Shown here: positions 1 to 6,848 of the stretch, piece by piece
How the letters are laid out: the number at the start of each line of letters is the position of its first letter
Numbering within the stretch: the first letter of the stretch is position 1
Notes under the pieces: model-generated
What the model saw: the letters and a program-made list of their open reading frames with translations, nothing else
What the model was told of the DNA's origin: nothing
Databases searched by the model: none
NCBI RefSeq assembly: GCF_017876815.1
Contig: NZ_JAGIOS010000002.1
Coordinates: forward strand, 570,001-602,000
Direction: 5' to 3'
DNA length: 32,000 nucleotides
From: Sinorhizobium meliloti
Lineage (GTDB): Bacteria; Pseudomonadota; Alphaproteobacteria; Rhizobiales; Rhizobiaceae
Made by a program: the position numbers and the translations under genes

Positions 1-214
1 GCTTAATATTCGTATTTACTTTGATACGTTTTTACACTTATTTTACTAAAATTGGATCGGCGGACAAATCTTGCAGTCTTAACAGATCGATAACGGGACC
101 GCGCGCCGACAGGTTCTTTCACACTGCAGGACTCGAGGTGTGGAACCGCGTAGTTTCCATTTTGTTAAGAAAAAGCGTCCAATCTTAACGTTTGAGCTGC
201 ACATCTCGGAGCAC

Positions 215-340
215 ATGATGAGCTACGATTGGACCGGCGAGCGGACACGTCGGATGAAGATGATGAGATATGCGATCGCCATTGCGCTCGCCCTCGGGCT
301 GATTGCCGGCGCGGCGTCTTGGACCCTGCAGACCATCTAA
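215..340 (+). CDS. speculative small membrane peptide (41 aa, one C-terminal TM helix)
   Basis: Internal tandem ATGs of track ORF 140..340 with GGAG just upstream. Product is MMSYDWTGERTRRMKMMRYAIAIALALGLIAGAASWTLQTI: a basic N-terminus plus a ~20-residue hydrophobic helix. Third codon positions are mostly G/C, as in neighbouring genes. No family recognised. Confidence 0.3.
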   Translation: MMSYDWTGERTRRMKMMRYAIAIALALGLIAGAASWTLQTI

Positions 341-418
341 GCCGTATCGCATTCGGCTTGCCCGGCAGGGAAACGCCCCGATACATCTTTCCTAACTCGA
401 ATTGAGTAAGCGCTAAAC

Positions 419-612
419 CTTGACGCGAGCGCGCGCCAGGAGTGAAATCCGGGTTGAGGCGTATGCCTTGAGGCCGACCGCCGAATACGATTGAGGAGGC
501 GGCCTCACCAGTTTCGAGGGGGCGATAGGTGGACCCCGCCGCATAACCGATCAGCAGCAGCGCGGGTTCACCTATCGGGTCGGTGCCGGCCAGTTCGACC
601 CTATATTTTCAC
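419..612 (+). ncRNA. candidate structured RNA (sRNA or leader): promoter-like CTTGAC-N18-TGAAAT, three stem-loops, U-rich tail
   Basis: CTTGAC at 419-424 and TGAAAT at 443-448. Stems at 470-476/500-506 (GAGGCCG/CGGCCTC), 523-539/562-577 (about 16 bp with one bulge) and 577-582/596-601 (GGGTCG/CGACCC), followed by TATATTTT at 602-609. No credible CDS here. No known RNA family recognised. Confidence 0.2.
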
Positions 613-682
613 GATTTGCAAAATGGCGCGGGAACAAAGCAGTTCCTTGCGTGTTCTTCGACGCAGCCGCGTGGAGGGTCGA

Positions 683-859
683 ATGCAGAGAAAATTCATG
701 CCGACGGACGTATTCCTGCGCCTCGAGAGGGAATGGCAGCACATGCGCCATGCAAAGCACAATCTCGAGATCGAGGCCGTTCCTGCGAACGATCAGCGCA
801 TCGACGGTATCAATGAACTGGAGCCCTCCGCGACCCCGCGGAACGCGCATAGGAGCTAG
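683..859 (+). CDS. speculative small hypothetical protein (58 aa)
   Basis: Internal ATG of track ORF 491..859 preceded by GGAGG with a 5-nt spacer (gtGGAGGgtcgaATG). GC3 is high from this ATG onward and lower upstream. Product is MQRKFMPTDVFLRLEREWQHMRHAKHNLEIEAVPANDQRIDGINELEPSATPRNAHRS. No family recognised. Confidence 0.3.
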   Translation: MQRKFMPTDVFLRLEREWQHMRHAKHNLEIEAVPANDQRIDGINELEPSATPRNAHRS

Positions 860-901
860 TCCGCTTCATCCCTCGAATTACGACGATTATTGCGTAGGTG
901 C

Positions 902-950
902 AAAAAGGTAGAGCGGATGCGGGCCCAAAGCTGCCCGCATCCGCTCTACC
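902..950 (-). terminator. perfect 18-bp stem hairpin with a U5 tail only on the minus strand (rho-independent terminator-like)
   Basis: GGTAGAGCGGATGCGGGC (907-924), loop CCAAAGCT, GCCCGCATCCGCTCTACC (933-950). AAAAA at 902-906 becomes UUUUU 3' of the stem on the minus-strand transcript. There is no T-run on the plus side. Confidence 0.4.
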
Positions 951-1051
951 TGGAGGCGTGGAAGATATTCTGATGGTGTCTGTCGGGAACCGCGAATCCC
1001 GAACGTCCTTGGGCCGTACAGAATGTCCCCTTATCGAAGGAGATTCCTTCC

Positions 1052-1528
1052 ATGCCCAAGATTATCTCCCATCTCTGGTTCCCGGAAAACGCGCGTGAGG
1101 CGGTCGACTTCTACGTATCGACGATCCCGAATTCCGCCATATCGGGCAGCACCACCGTGCCCGCCGAAACGCCCAGCGGCCCGCCGGGCAGCGTCACGGT
1201 GATCGAATTCAAGCTCGGCGACCAGAACTTCACCGCACTCGAAGCCGGTCCTCTCGATCCTTTCAACCACGCTTACTCGATCCAGGTCGCCTGCGACAGC
1301 CAGGAAGAGCTCGACCGCATCTGGCACGCCTTCCTCGACAATGGCGGCCAAGCGGAGCACTGCGGCTGGCTGAAGGACCGCTGGGGCCTGTCCTGGCAGA
1401 TCGTTCCCCGCGTCCTCGGCGAGATGATCTCGGATGCGAACCGCGAAAGAGCGAAGCGCGTGACGGAAGCCATGCTTGCCATGGTAAAGTTCGATATCGC
1501 CGCACTCGAGCGGGCTCACCGCAGTTAG
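1052..1528 (+). CDS. VOC/glyoxalase-fold protein, PhnB-like (3-demethylubiquinone-9 3-methyltransferase-domain family)
   Basis: AAGGAG about 10 nt upstream of the ATG; 158 aa. Sequence pattern ISHLWF..NAREAVDFY...VIEFKLGDQNF.ALE.GP...FNHA.S..V.C..QEELD..W..FL..GG....CGWLKDRWG.SWQIVP is typical of this family (recognised from memory). Confidence 0.9.
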   Translation: MPKIISHLWFPENAREAVDFYVSTIPNSAISGSTTVPAETPSGPPGSVTVIEFKLGDQNFTALEAGPLDPFNHAYSIQVACDSQEELDRIWHAFLDNGGQAEHCGWLKDRWGLSWQIVPRVLGEMISDANRERAKRVTEAMLAMVKFDIAALERAHRS

Positions 1529-1611
1529 CTTTACAGCACCGCGCTCACGACTTCGTGGCTGCAGAGTAGCGCCGCAGGGGTTATTATCCCGCCCCGTGAG
1601 CCACAGGCTAG

Positions 1612-1657
1612 CGCGGGATGAGGAAAAGTGTGTGCGGTTTTCCGCCCGCATCCCGCG
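1612..1657. repeat. compound hairpin resembling a widespread Rhizobiaceae intergenic repeat (GGAAAAGTGTGTGCGGTTTTCC core)
   Basis: CGCGGGATG (1612-1620) pairs with CATCCCGCG (1649-1657). Inner GGAAAA (1622-1627) pairs with TTTTCC (1638-1643). The spurious track ORF beginning MRKSVCGFP reads through it. Confidence 0.4.
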
Positions 1658-1685
1658 TCTCAACTTCTTGGAATCGATCATGTTC

Positions 1686-1716
1686 ATGCTTTCAGGTCGA
1701 CCTGACCCAAAAGCAT
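1686..1716. promoter_or_regulatory. palindrome upstream of the AKR gene (possible operator or hairpin)
   Basis: ATGCTTT (1686-1692) / AAAGCAT (1710-1716) flank the perfect 14-bp palindrome TCAGGTCGACCTGA (1692-1705), about 50 bp upstream of the ATG at 1754. Confidence 0.25.
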
Positions 1717-1753
1717 CGTGATCTGGAGAGCTTCGGGCCGAAGGGAGCGAGCG

Positions 1754-2668
1754 ATGACTTTCACGCGGCGCGCAGTCGTTCAGGGGCTAGGCATGGGTAT
1801 GTCGCTGCCGCTTGTGCCGCGGGCGTGGGGCCAGGCTGCCGACCTCACGAAGCGGGTCATACCGAAGAGCGAAGAACCGCTGCCGCTCATCGGCCTCGGC
1901 ACCTGGATCACGTTCAACGTCGGAGACGACGCTGTACTGATGGACGAATGTGCCGCCGTGATCGCTGCCTTCTTCGAAGGCGGCGGTCGCATGATCGATT
2001 CCTCGCCGATGTACGGATCGTCCCAGCCGACCATCGGCTACGGCCTCGGCAAGCTCGGATATCCGAAGCAGCTCTTCTCGGCGGAAAAGGTCTGGATATC
2101 GGACCCCGGCGAAGGCGCGGCCCAGATCGAAGCATCGAAGGACTACTGGGGCGTCAAAAAATTCGATCTCATGCAGGTTCACAATCTCGTCTCCTGGGAG
2201 GAGCACCTGCCCGCGCTCTTCGACATGAAGGCGGCAGGCCGGCTGCGCTATGTCGGCATCACCACCTCGGAGGGGCGCAGGCACCGGGAGATCGAGCAGA
2301 TCATGGTGAGCCAGCCGATCGATTTCGTCCAGGTCACCTACAATATCCTCGACCGCGAGGTGGAGGAGCGCATCTTGCCGCTGGCGCAGGAGAAGGGCAT
2401 TGCCGTGATCGTCAACCGGCCGTTCCGGCAGGGCGATCTGATCCGGCAGATTGAAGACGAACCGTTGCCGGACTGGATTGCGGAGACCGGCGCTCGCAGC
2501 TGGGCGCAGTTTCTCCTGAAGTTCATCATTTCGCATCCGGCGGTCACCTGCGCAATCCCGGCGACGACGCGCGTCGACCATGTACGGGAGAATCTGGAGG
2601 CCGCAAGAGGCATCCTGCCCGACGAGAAGCTGCGCGGACGCATGGCCGCCTATGTGGAGGCGCTCTGA
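1754..2668 (+). CDS. aldo/keto reductase family oxidoreductase with an N-terminal twin-arginine (Tat) signal-like sequence
   Basis: Start chosen at MTFTRRAVVQGLGMGMSLPLVPRAWGQA (GGGAG 6 nt upstream). AKR catalytic tetrad candidates are present: D/Y in IDSSPMYG, K in SAEKVW, H in MQVHNL. 304 aa. Confidence 0.9.
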   Translation: MTFTRRAVVQGLGMGMSLPLVPRAWGQAADLTKRVIPKSEEPLPLIGLGTWITFNVGDDAVLMDECAAVIAAFFEGGGRMIDSSPMYGSSQPTIGYGLGKLGYPKQLFSAEKVWISDPGEGAAQIEASKDYWGVKKFDLMQVHNLVSWEEHLPALFDMKAAGRLRYVGITTSEGRRHREIEQIMVSQPIDFVQVTYNILDREVEERILPLAQEKGIAVIVNRPFRQGDLIRQIEDEPLPDWIAETGARSWAQFLLKFIISHPAVTCAIPATTRVDHVRENLEAARGILPDEKLRGRMAAYVEAL

Positions 2669-2703
2669 AGCATGATCCTGTCGCGGCGTGATACGGATTT
2701 GAC

Positions 2704-3363
2704 GTGATGTCGGACTGGGCGACCTACACGCTCGCGGATTTCCTCATGTTTTCGCCGCGCGTCTATTTTCGCCTCGTCGAACGCTACAATCAGGGACTCT
2801 GGCCGCTTCAACTGATCTTCGTTGCCGGCGCGCTTGCCATCCTCTTCGCCACTGCAACGGACGGTCGGCGCGCCCGCGCCGCGGCCATGGCGACGCTGGC
2901 CCTGGCCTGGCTCTTCTGCGCGTGGCAATTTCTGTGGCTGCGTTACTCCACCATTAACTGGGCGATGTCCTATGCGACGGCGGCCTTCATGCTGCAGGCC
3001 GGTTTGCTGCTTGTCGCGATCCGGTGGACGCAACGCGGCGCATTGCCCGCGAACAGCCTGCGCCGGCGTGGCGGCATCGGCCTGATGGTCTTCGGCTCGC
3101 TCGGCTATCCTTTCGGCCCGCTGCTTGCCGGCCGCGCGCCCGCCTCGGCCGAGTCCTTCGGTGCAATGCCGGATCCGACCGTTGCCGTGACGCTCGGCGC
3201 CCTCGTGGCGCTCATGCCGCAGAAGCTGTGGCTGCTTCTGCCCATTCCGGTCCTCTGGTGCGTCTTCAGCGCCCTCACCCTTCTGGCCCTGGAGGATGCG
3301 GGCGCCTGGGCACCTTTCGCGGTGATCCTCGTGACATTTGCCCTCCTCCTCGTCAGACGATGA
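2704..3363 (+). CDS. multi-pass integral membrane protein of unknown function
   Basis: 219 aa with about 6 hydrophobic segments and high GC3, starting 35 bp after the AKR stop. I did not securely recognise a family. Confidence 0.75.
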   Translation: MMSDWATYTLADFLMFSPRVYFRLVERYNQGLWPLQLIFVAGALAILFATATDGRRARAAAMATLALAWLFCAWQFLWLRYSTINWAMSYATAAFMLQAGLLLVAIRWTQRGALPANSLRRRGGIGLMVFGSLGYPFGPLLAGRAPASAESFGAMPDPTVAVTLGALVALMPQKLWLLLPIPVLWCVFSALTLLALEDAGAWAPFAVILVTFALLLVRR

Positions 3364-3370
3364 GGGAAAC

Positions 3371-4270
3371 TCACTCCTTCACCGCTCCCGTCATCGACGA
3401 CACGTAATAATCGACGAAGAAGGAGTAGAGAATGACCACGGGCAGCGAACCGAACAGTGCGCCCGCCATCAGCGCGCCCCATTCGAAGACGTCGCCGCGC
3501 ACCAGTTCCGTCAGCACGCCGACCGGTACGGTCTTGTTCTCCGAGGACTGGATGAATGTCAGCGCGTAGATGAACTCGTTCCACGAGAGCGTGAAGGCGA
3601 AGATGCCGGCCGATATCAGGCCCGGCACCGCGAGCGGCAGGATGATCTTCACCAGAATCTGCCAGCGCGTGGCTCCGTCCACCAGCGCGCTTTCTTCGAG
3701 TTCGAAGGGGATTGAGCGGAAATAGCCCATCAGGAGCCAGGTGCAGAACGGTATGAGGAACGTCGGATAGGTGAAGATCAGCGCCAGCTTGGAATCGTAG
3801 ATGCCGAACTTGAAGACGATGAAGGCGAGCGGGATGAACAGGATCGACGGCGGCACCAGATAGGCGAGGAAGATCAGCAGCCCGACGGGCCGCGCGCCGG
3901 TGAAGCGCACCCGCTCGATCGCATAAGCCGCGAAAACCGATGCGGCAAGCGACAGGATGGTCGAGCCTACGGCCACCAGCATCGTGTTCCAGAGCCAGCC
4001 CGGATAGGAGGTCTCGAAGAGCAGATATTTGATGTGGTCGAGCGTCGGACGGACCACCCAGAAGGGGCTATAATTGTTGTAGTCGGTCAACTGCGCATTC
4101 GGCTTCACCGCCGTGATCGCCATCCAGTAGAACGGGAAGAGCAATACGAAGACGAAGACCGCCATCGGCAGGTAAAGCACCACGATCCGCCGCGGCAGGC
4201 GGTTCAGATAGCTCATGCCCTCGGCCGTGTCGGTGAGGACCTCGTCGTCGGTTCGTGTGGTCGTGTTCAT
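3371..4270 (-). CDS. carbohydrate (CUT1-type) ABC transporter permease, MalG-like
   Basis: True start MNTTTRTDDE is inside the over-extended track ORF 3371..5254. EAA loop ESALVDGATRWQILVKIILPLAVPG; 299 aa with 6 predicted TM segments. Confidence 0.92.
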   Translation of the reverse strand: MNTTTRTDDEVLTDTAEGMSYLNRLPRRIVVLYLPMAVFVFVLLFPFYWMAITAVKPNAQLTDYNNYSPFWVVRPTLDHIKYLLFETSYPGWLWNTMLVAVGSTILSLAASVFAAYAIERVRFTGARPVGLLIFLAYLVPPSILFIPLAFIVFKFGIYDSKLALIFTYPTFLIPFCTWLLMGYFRSIPFELEESALVDGATRWQILVKIILPLAVPGLISAGIFAFTLSWNEFIYALTFIQSSENKTVPVGVLTELVRGDVFEWGALMAGALFGSLPVVILYSFFVDYYVSSMTGAVKE

Positions 4271-4284
4271 TTTTGTCCTCCCGC

Positions 4285-5217
4285 TCAATCCTGGCCGCCC
4301 TGCTGCCATTTGCGGCGTTGCAGGCCGAAGAAGCTGAACATGATGGCGGCGAGCAGGAAGGGGATCATGGCGACGGCGATCGCCGCCCCCTCCCCGAGCT
4401 GCCCGCCCGGAATGCCGCGCTGGAACGAGAGCGTCGCCATCAGATGGGTTGCGTTGACCGGCCCGCCCTTGGTCAGCACGTAGATCAGCTGGAAATCGGT
4501 GAAGGTGAAGAGCACCGAGAAGGTCATGACGACCGCGATGATCGGGGTCAGCATCGGCAGGGTGACATAGCGGAAACGCTGCCAGCTGGTGGCGCCATCG
4601 AGCGAGGCTGCCTCCTGCAGCGAAGCCGGGATCGTCTGCAGGCCGGCGAGAAGCGAGATCGCCACGAAGGGAATGCCGCGCCAGACATTGGCGGCAATGA
4701 CGGAAGCGCGCGCGTTGTTCGGGTCGCCCAGGAAGTTGATCGGCCCGTCGATGATGCCGAGCTGCATCAGCGACCAGGAGATGATGGAAAACTGCGAATC
4801 GTAGATCCACCAGAAGGCGAGCGCCGAAAGCACCGTCGGCACGACCCAGGGCAGGAGCACGATCGCGCGGAAGAAGGATTTGAAAGGCAGGTTTTCGTTC
4901 AGCAGCAGCGCCAGCCACAGCCCGAGCACGAATTTCAGGATCGACGCAACGAAGGTGTAGAGCAGCGTGTTGTAGACCGACAGCCAGAAGACCGAATCCC
5001 GGGCCAGAAACTCGTAATTCTCGATCCCGATGAAGACGCCGTCGCGGCCGATGCGGGTGTCGGTGAAGCCGAGCCAGACGCCCAGCCCGAGCGGATAGGT
5101 CAGAAAGCAGATCAGAAAGACGGCTGCCGGCAGCATGAACAGGAAGCCGAGCACATTGTTGTTCTGCATCAGCGAAGCCGTGGTGGATGGCTTTCCGGGC
5201 GGCGTTATGGAGGACAT
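4285..5217 (-). CDS. carbohydrate (CUT1-type) ABC transporter permease, MalF/UgpA-like
   Basis: Start chosen at MSSITPPGKP. EAA loop EAASLDGATSWQRFRYVTLPMLTP; 310 aa. There is a 14-bp gap to the downstream permease. Confidence 0.92.
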   Translation of the reverse strand: MSSITPPGKPSTTASLMQNNNVLGFLFMLPAAVFLICFLTYPLGLGVWLGFTDTRIGRDGVFIGIENYEFLARDSVFWLSVYNTLLYTFVASILKFVLGLWLALLLNENLPFKSFFRAIVLLPWVVPTVLSALAFWWIYDSQFSIISWSLMQLGIIDGPINFLGDPNNARASVIAANVWRGIPFVAISLLAGLQTIPASLQEAASLDGATSWQRFRYVTLPMLTPIIAVVMTFSVLFTFTDFQLIYVLTKGGPVNATHLMATLSFQRGIPGGQLGEGAAIAVAMIPFLLAAIMFSFFGLQRRKWQQGGQD

Positions 5218-5256
5218 CGGGCTTCTCCGGCTGGAGGAACGGGTCTCGAGGCATTT

Positions 5257-5278
5257 GCCGGCAGCGTTTGCTGCCGGC
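5257..5278. other. 9-bp GC-rich stem-loop in the SBP-permease spacer
   Basis: GCCGGCAGC-GTTT-GCTGCCGGC, a perfect stem, about 40 nt upstream of the permease start at 5217. Confidence 0.4.
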
Positions 5279-5293
5279 TTTGAGGCGGCCCTA

Positions 5294-5397
5294 CTGCATG
5301 TTTCCTTTAATCCTATCCGATTAAAGGACAAAAACATGCAGCAGATCAAAGTGCTACAGCGACCTTTGCGCGTCTGATAAGACGCGCGGCGCTGTAG
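5294..5397. repeat. RIME-like intergenic mosaic element: two large adjacent palindromes
   Basis: Palindrome A (5294-5341): CTGCATGTTT/AAACATGCAG plus CCTTTAATC/GATTAAAGG, loop CTATCC. Palindrome B (5354-5397): CTACAGCG/CGCTGTAG plus GCGCGTC/GACGCGC, loop TGATAA. It lies in the 192-bp gap between the SBP and permease genes. Confidence 0.45.
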
Positions 5398-5409
5398 GCA
5401 GCGGCTGGA

Positions 5410-6714
5410 TCAGACCCGATAATAGCGGTTCGCCCGCCGCTCGGCCTCGATGACAGCGTCTTCCGGCGTCGCCTGGCCGGTGACGGCACTGGCGAACATG
5501 TCGACCAGGACGTAGTCGGCCATGACGCCTGCCGAGGCATAGCCGAGCGGTCCGGCATAGCCGTTCGGCCGCAGCGTCTCCGAGGCGCGCGCATAGGGTG
5601 CGTGGATCGGGTCCGAAGTCCACACCGGGTTGTCGGCAAAGGCCTTCAGCGGCTGGCAGCAATAGGCGCTCGACCCCTCGATCCAGGCGTTCATCTGGTC
5701 GGCTTCCATCATGAACTTGAGATAGGCCTTGGCGGCTTCGGGATACTTGCTGTGCTTGAACAGCAGGATCGAGCTCGTCTGGTGGAGTTCGACGCTCTGG
5801 CCGACCGGACCGACCGGGAAGTTGGTCGTGCGGATGTCGGCTGCAAGCTCCGTAAGGGCCGCGTCCTTCTTGGCCGCATAGTAGAGCGACACGCCGTTTG
5901 CCGTCAGCGATACCTGCCCCGCAAGGAAGGCGCGGTTGTTGTTGATGTCGAGCCAGCTTTCGGTACCCGGGATGAAGGTCTCGTATAGCGACTTCGCGTA
6001 ATTGACCGCAGCGAGCGTTTCCGGGCTGTTGATCGTGACCTTGCCGCTCTCGTCGACCATCTTGCCGCCATGGCTCCACAGAAGCCAATGGGCGTAGTTG
6101 TTGCCGTCGCCGACCGCTTTTCCATGGGGGAAACCGGCCGGGGTTCCCTTGGCTTTGAGAGCCTTGCAGAGTTCGAGAAAGCCGGCCGTGTCCTTCGGGA
6201 ATTCACTGAAGCCGGCCGCCTTCATGTGGCTCTCGCGGTAGCAGACGGCGTTGCCGATCGCGGCCAGCGGCATGGCGATGAACTGCCCGTCGCGGCTCGC
6301 ATAGCCCTTCAGGCCGTCGTACCATCCACCATATTTGTTGCCGAGATAGTCGGCGAGCTCCGTCAGGTCGACGAGCTTGTCCGGATATTGATGTGCGTCG
6401 TCGAACCAGCACATCACCATATCAGGGCCGGAGCCGACGTTGGCGGCAACCGCCGCCTTCGGCCGGATGTCCTCCCAGCTTTCCTTGTCGATGCGGACTT
6501 CGACGCCCGTCGCCTCCGTGAACTTCTTGGTATTGGCGATCCAGGCGTCTTCATCGCCCTTGACGAAGGGCGTCCATCTGAGAAGCCTGAGGCTTGCCCC
6601 CTCCTCCGGCTTGTAGCTCGGCTCGGCCTGCGCGAAGGACGGGCGGATGCCCAGACCCGCAACGCCGGCGAGTGCGGCGGAGGTTGCGAGAAAATCACGT
6701 CTCTTTATCGGCAT
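5410..6714 (-). CDS. ABC transporter extracellular solute-binding protein (family 1, CUT1) with Tat-type signal
   Basis: Start chosen at MPIKRRDFLATSAALAGVAGLGIRPSFAQ, with GAGGAGG upstream. 434 aa; sugar-SBP-like throughout. Confidence 0.92.
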   Translation of the reverse strand: MPIKRRDFLATSAALAGVAGLGIRPSFAQAEPSYKPEEGASLRLLRWTPFVKGDEDAWIANTKKFTEATGVEVRIDKESWEDIRPKAAVAANVGSGPDMVMCWFDDAHQYPDKLVDLTELADYLGNKYGGWYDGLKGYASRDGQFIAMPLAAIGNAVCYRESHMKAAGFSEFPKDTAGFLELCKALKAKGTPAGFPHGKAVGDGNNYAHWLLWSHGGKMVDESGKVTINSPETLAAVNYAKSLYETFIPGTESWLDINNNRAFLAGQVSLTANGVSLYYAAKKDAALTELAADIRTTNFPVGPVGQSVELHQTSSILLFKHSKYPEAAKAYLKFMMEADQMNAWIEGSSAYCCQPLKAFADNPVWTSDPIHAPYARASETLRPNGYAGPLGYASAGVMADYVLVDMFASAVTGQATPEDAVIEAERRANRYYRV

Positions 6715-6848
6715 GCTACTCCTCCTCAAAAAGCGGGAGCGTCTTTCTCCGCATTCACCGTCCCGCTTGGCGAATGCGGCTTGAGCGATGCCGGCCACTG
6801 CCTGGCATCTTTATTGGCCCACGAAGGCTCCTCCCTTCGTCAGCGACG

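Noticed and set aside
419-612. Attempt to assign the structured region to a known riboswitch (ZTP, fluoride, SAM-II, cobalamin, TPP)
   Set aside because: I could not find the conserved core sequences of any of these classes by eye, so I left it as an unclassified candidate RNA.
3371-5254. 627-aa minus-strand ORF apparently spanning both permease genes
   Set aside because: Only the C-terminal 299 aa (from MNTTTRTDD, start 4270) look like a permease. The N-terminal 328 aa are Arg/Ala/Pro/Gly-rich read-through in a frame overlapping the real MalF-like gene (4285..5217). This is a typical high-GC open-frame artefact.
4255-5283. 342-aa plus-strand ORF antisense to the MalF-like permease
   Set aside because: Asp/Arg/Glu/Gly-rich composition and no recognisable motifs. 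It is fully antisense to a gene with clear ABC-permease motifs.
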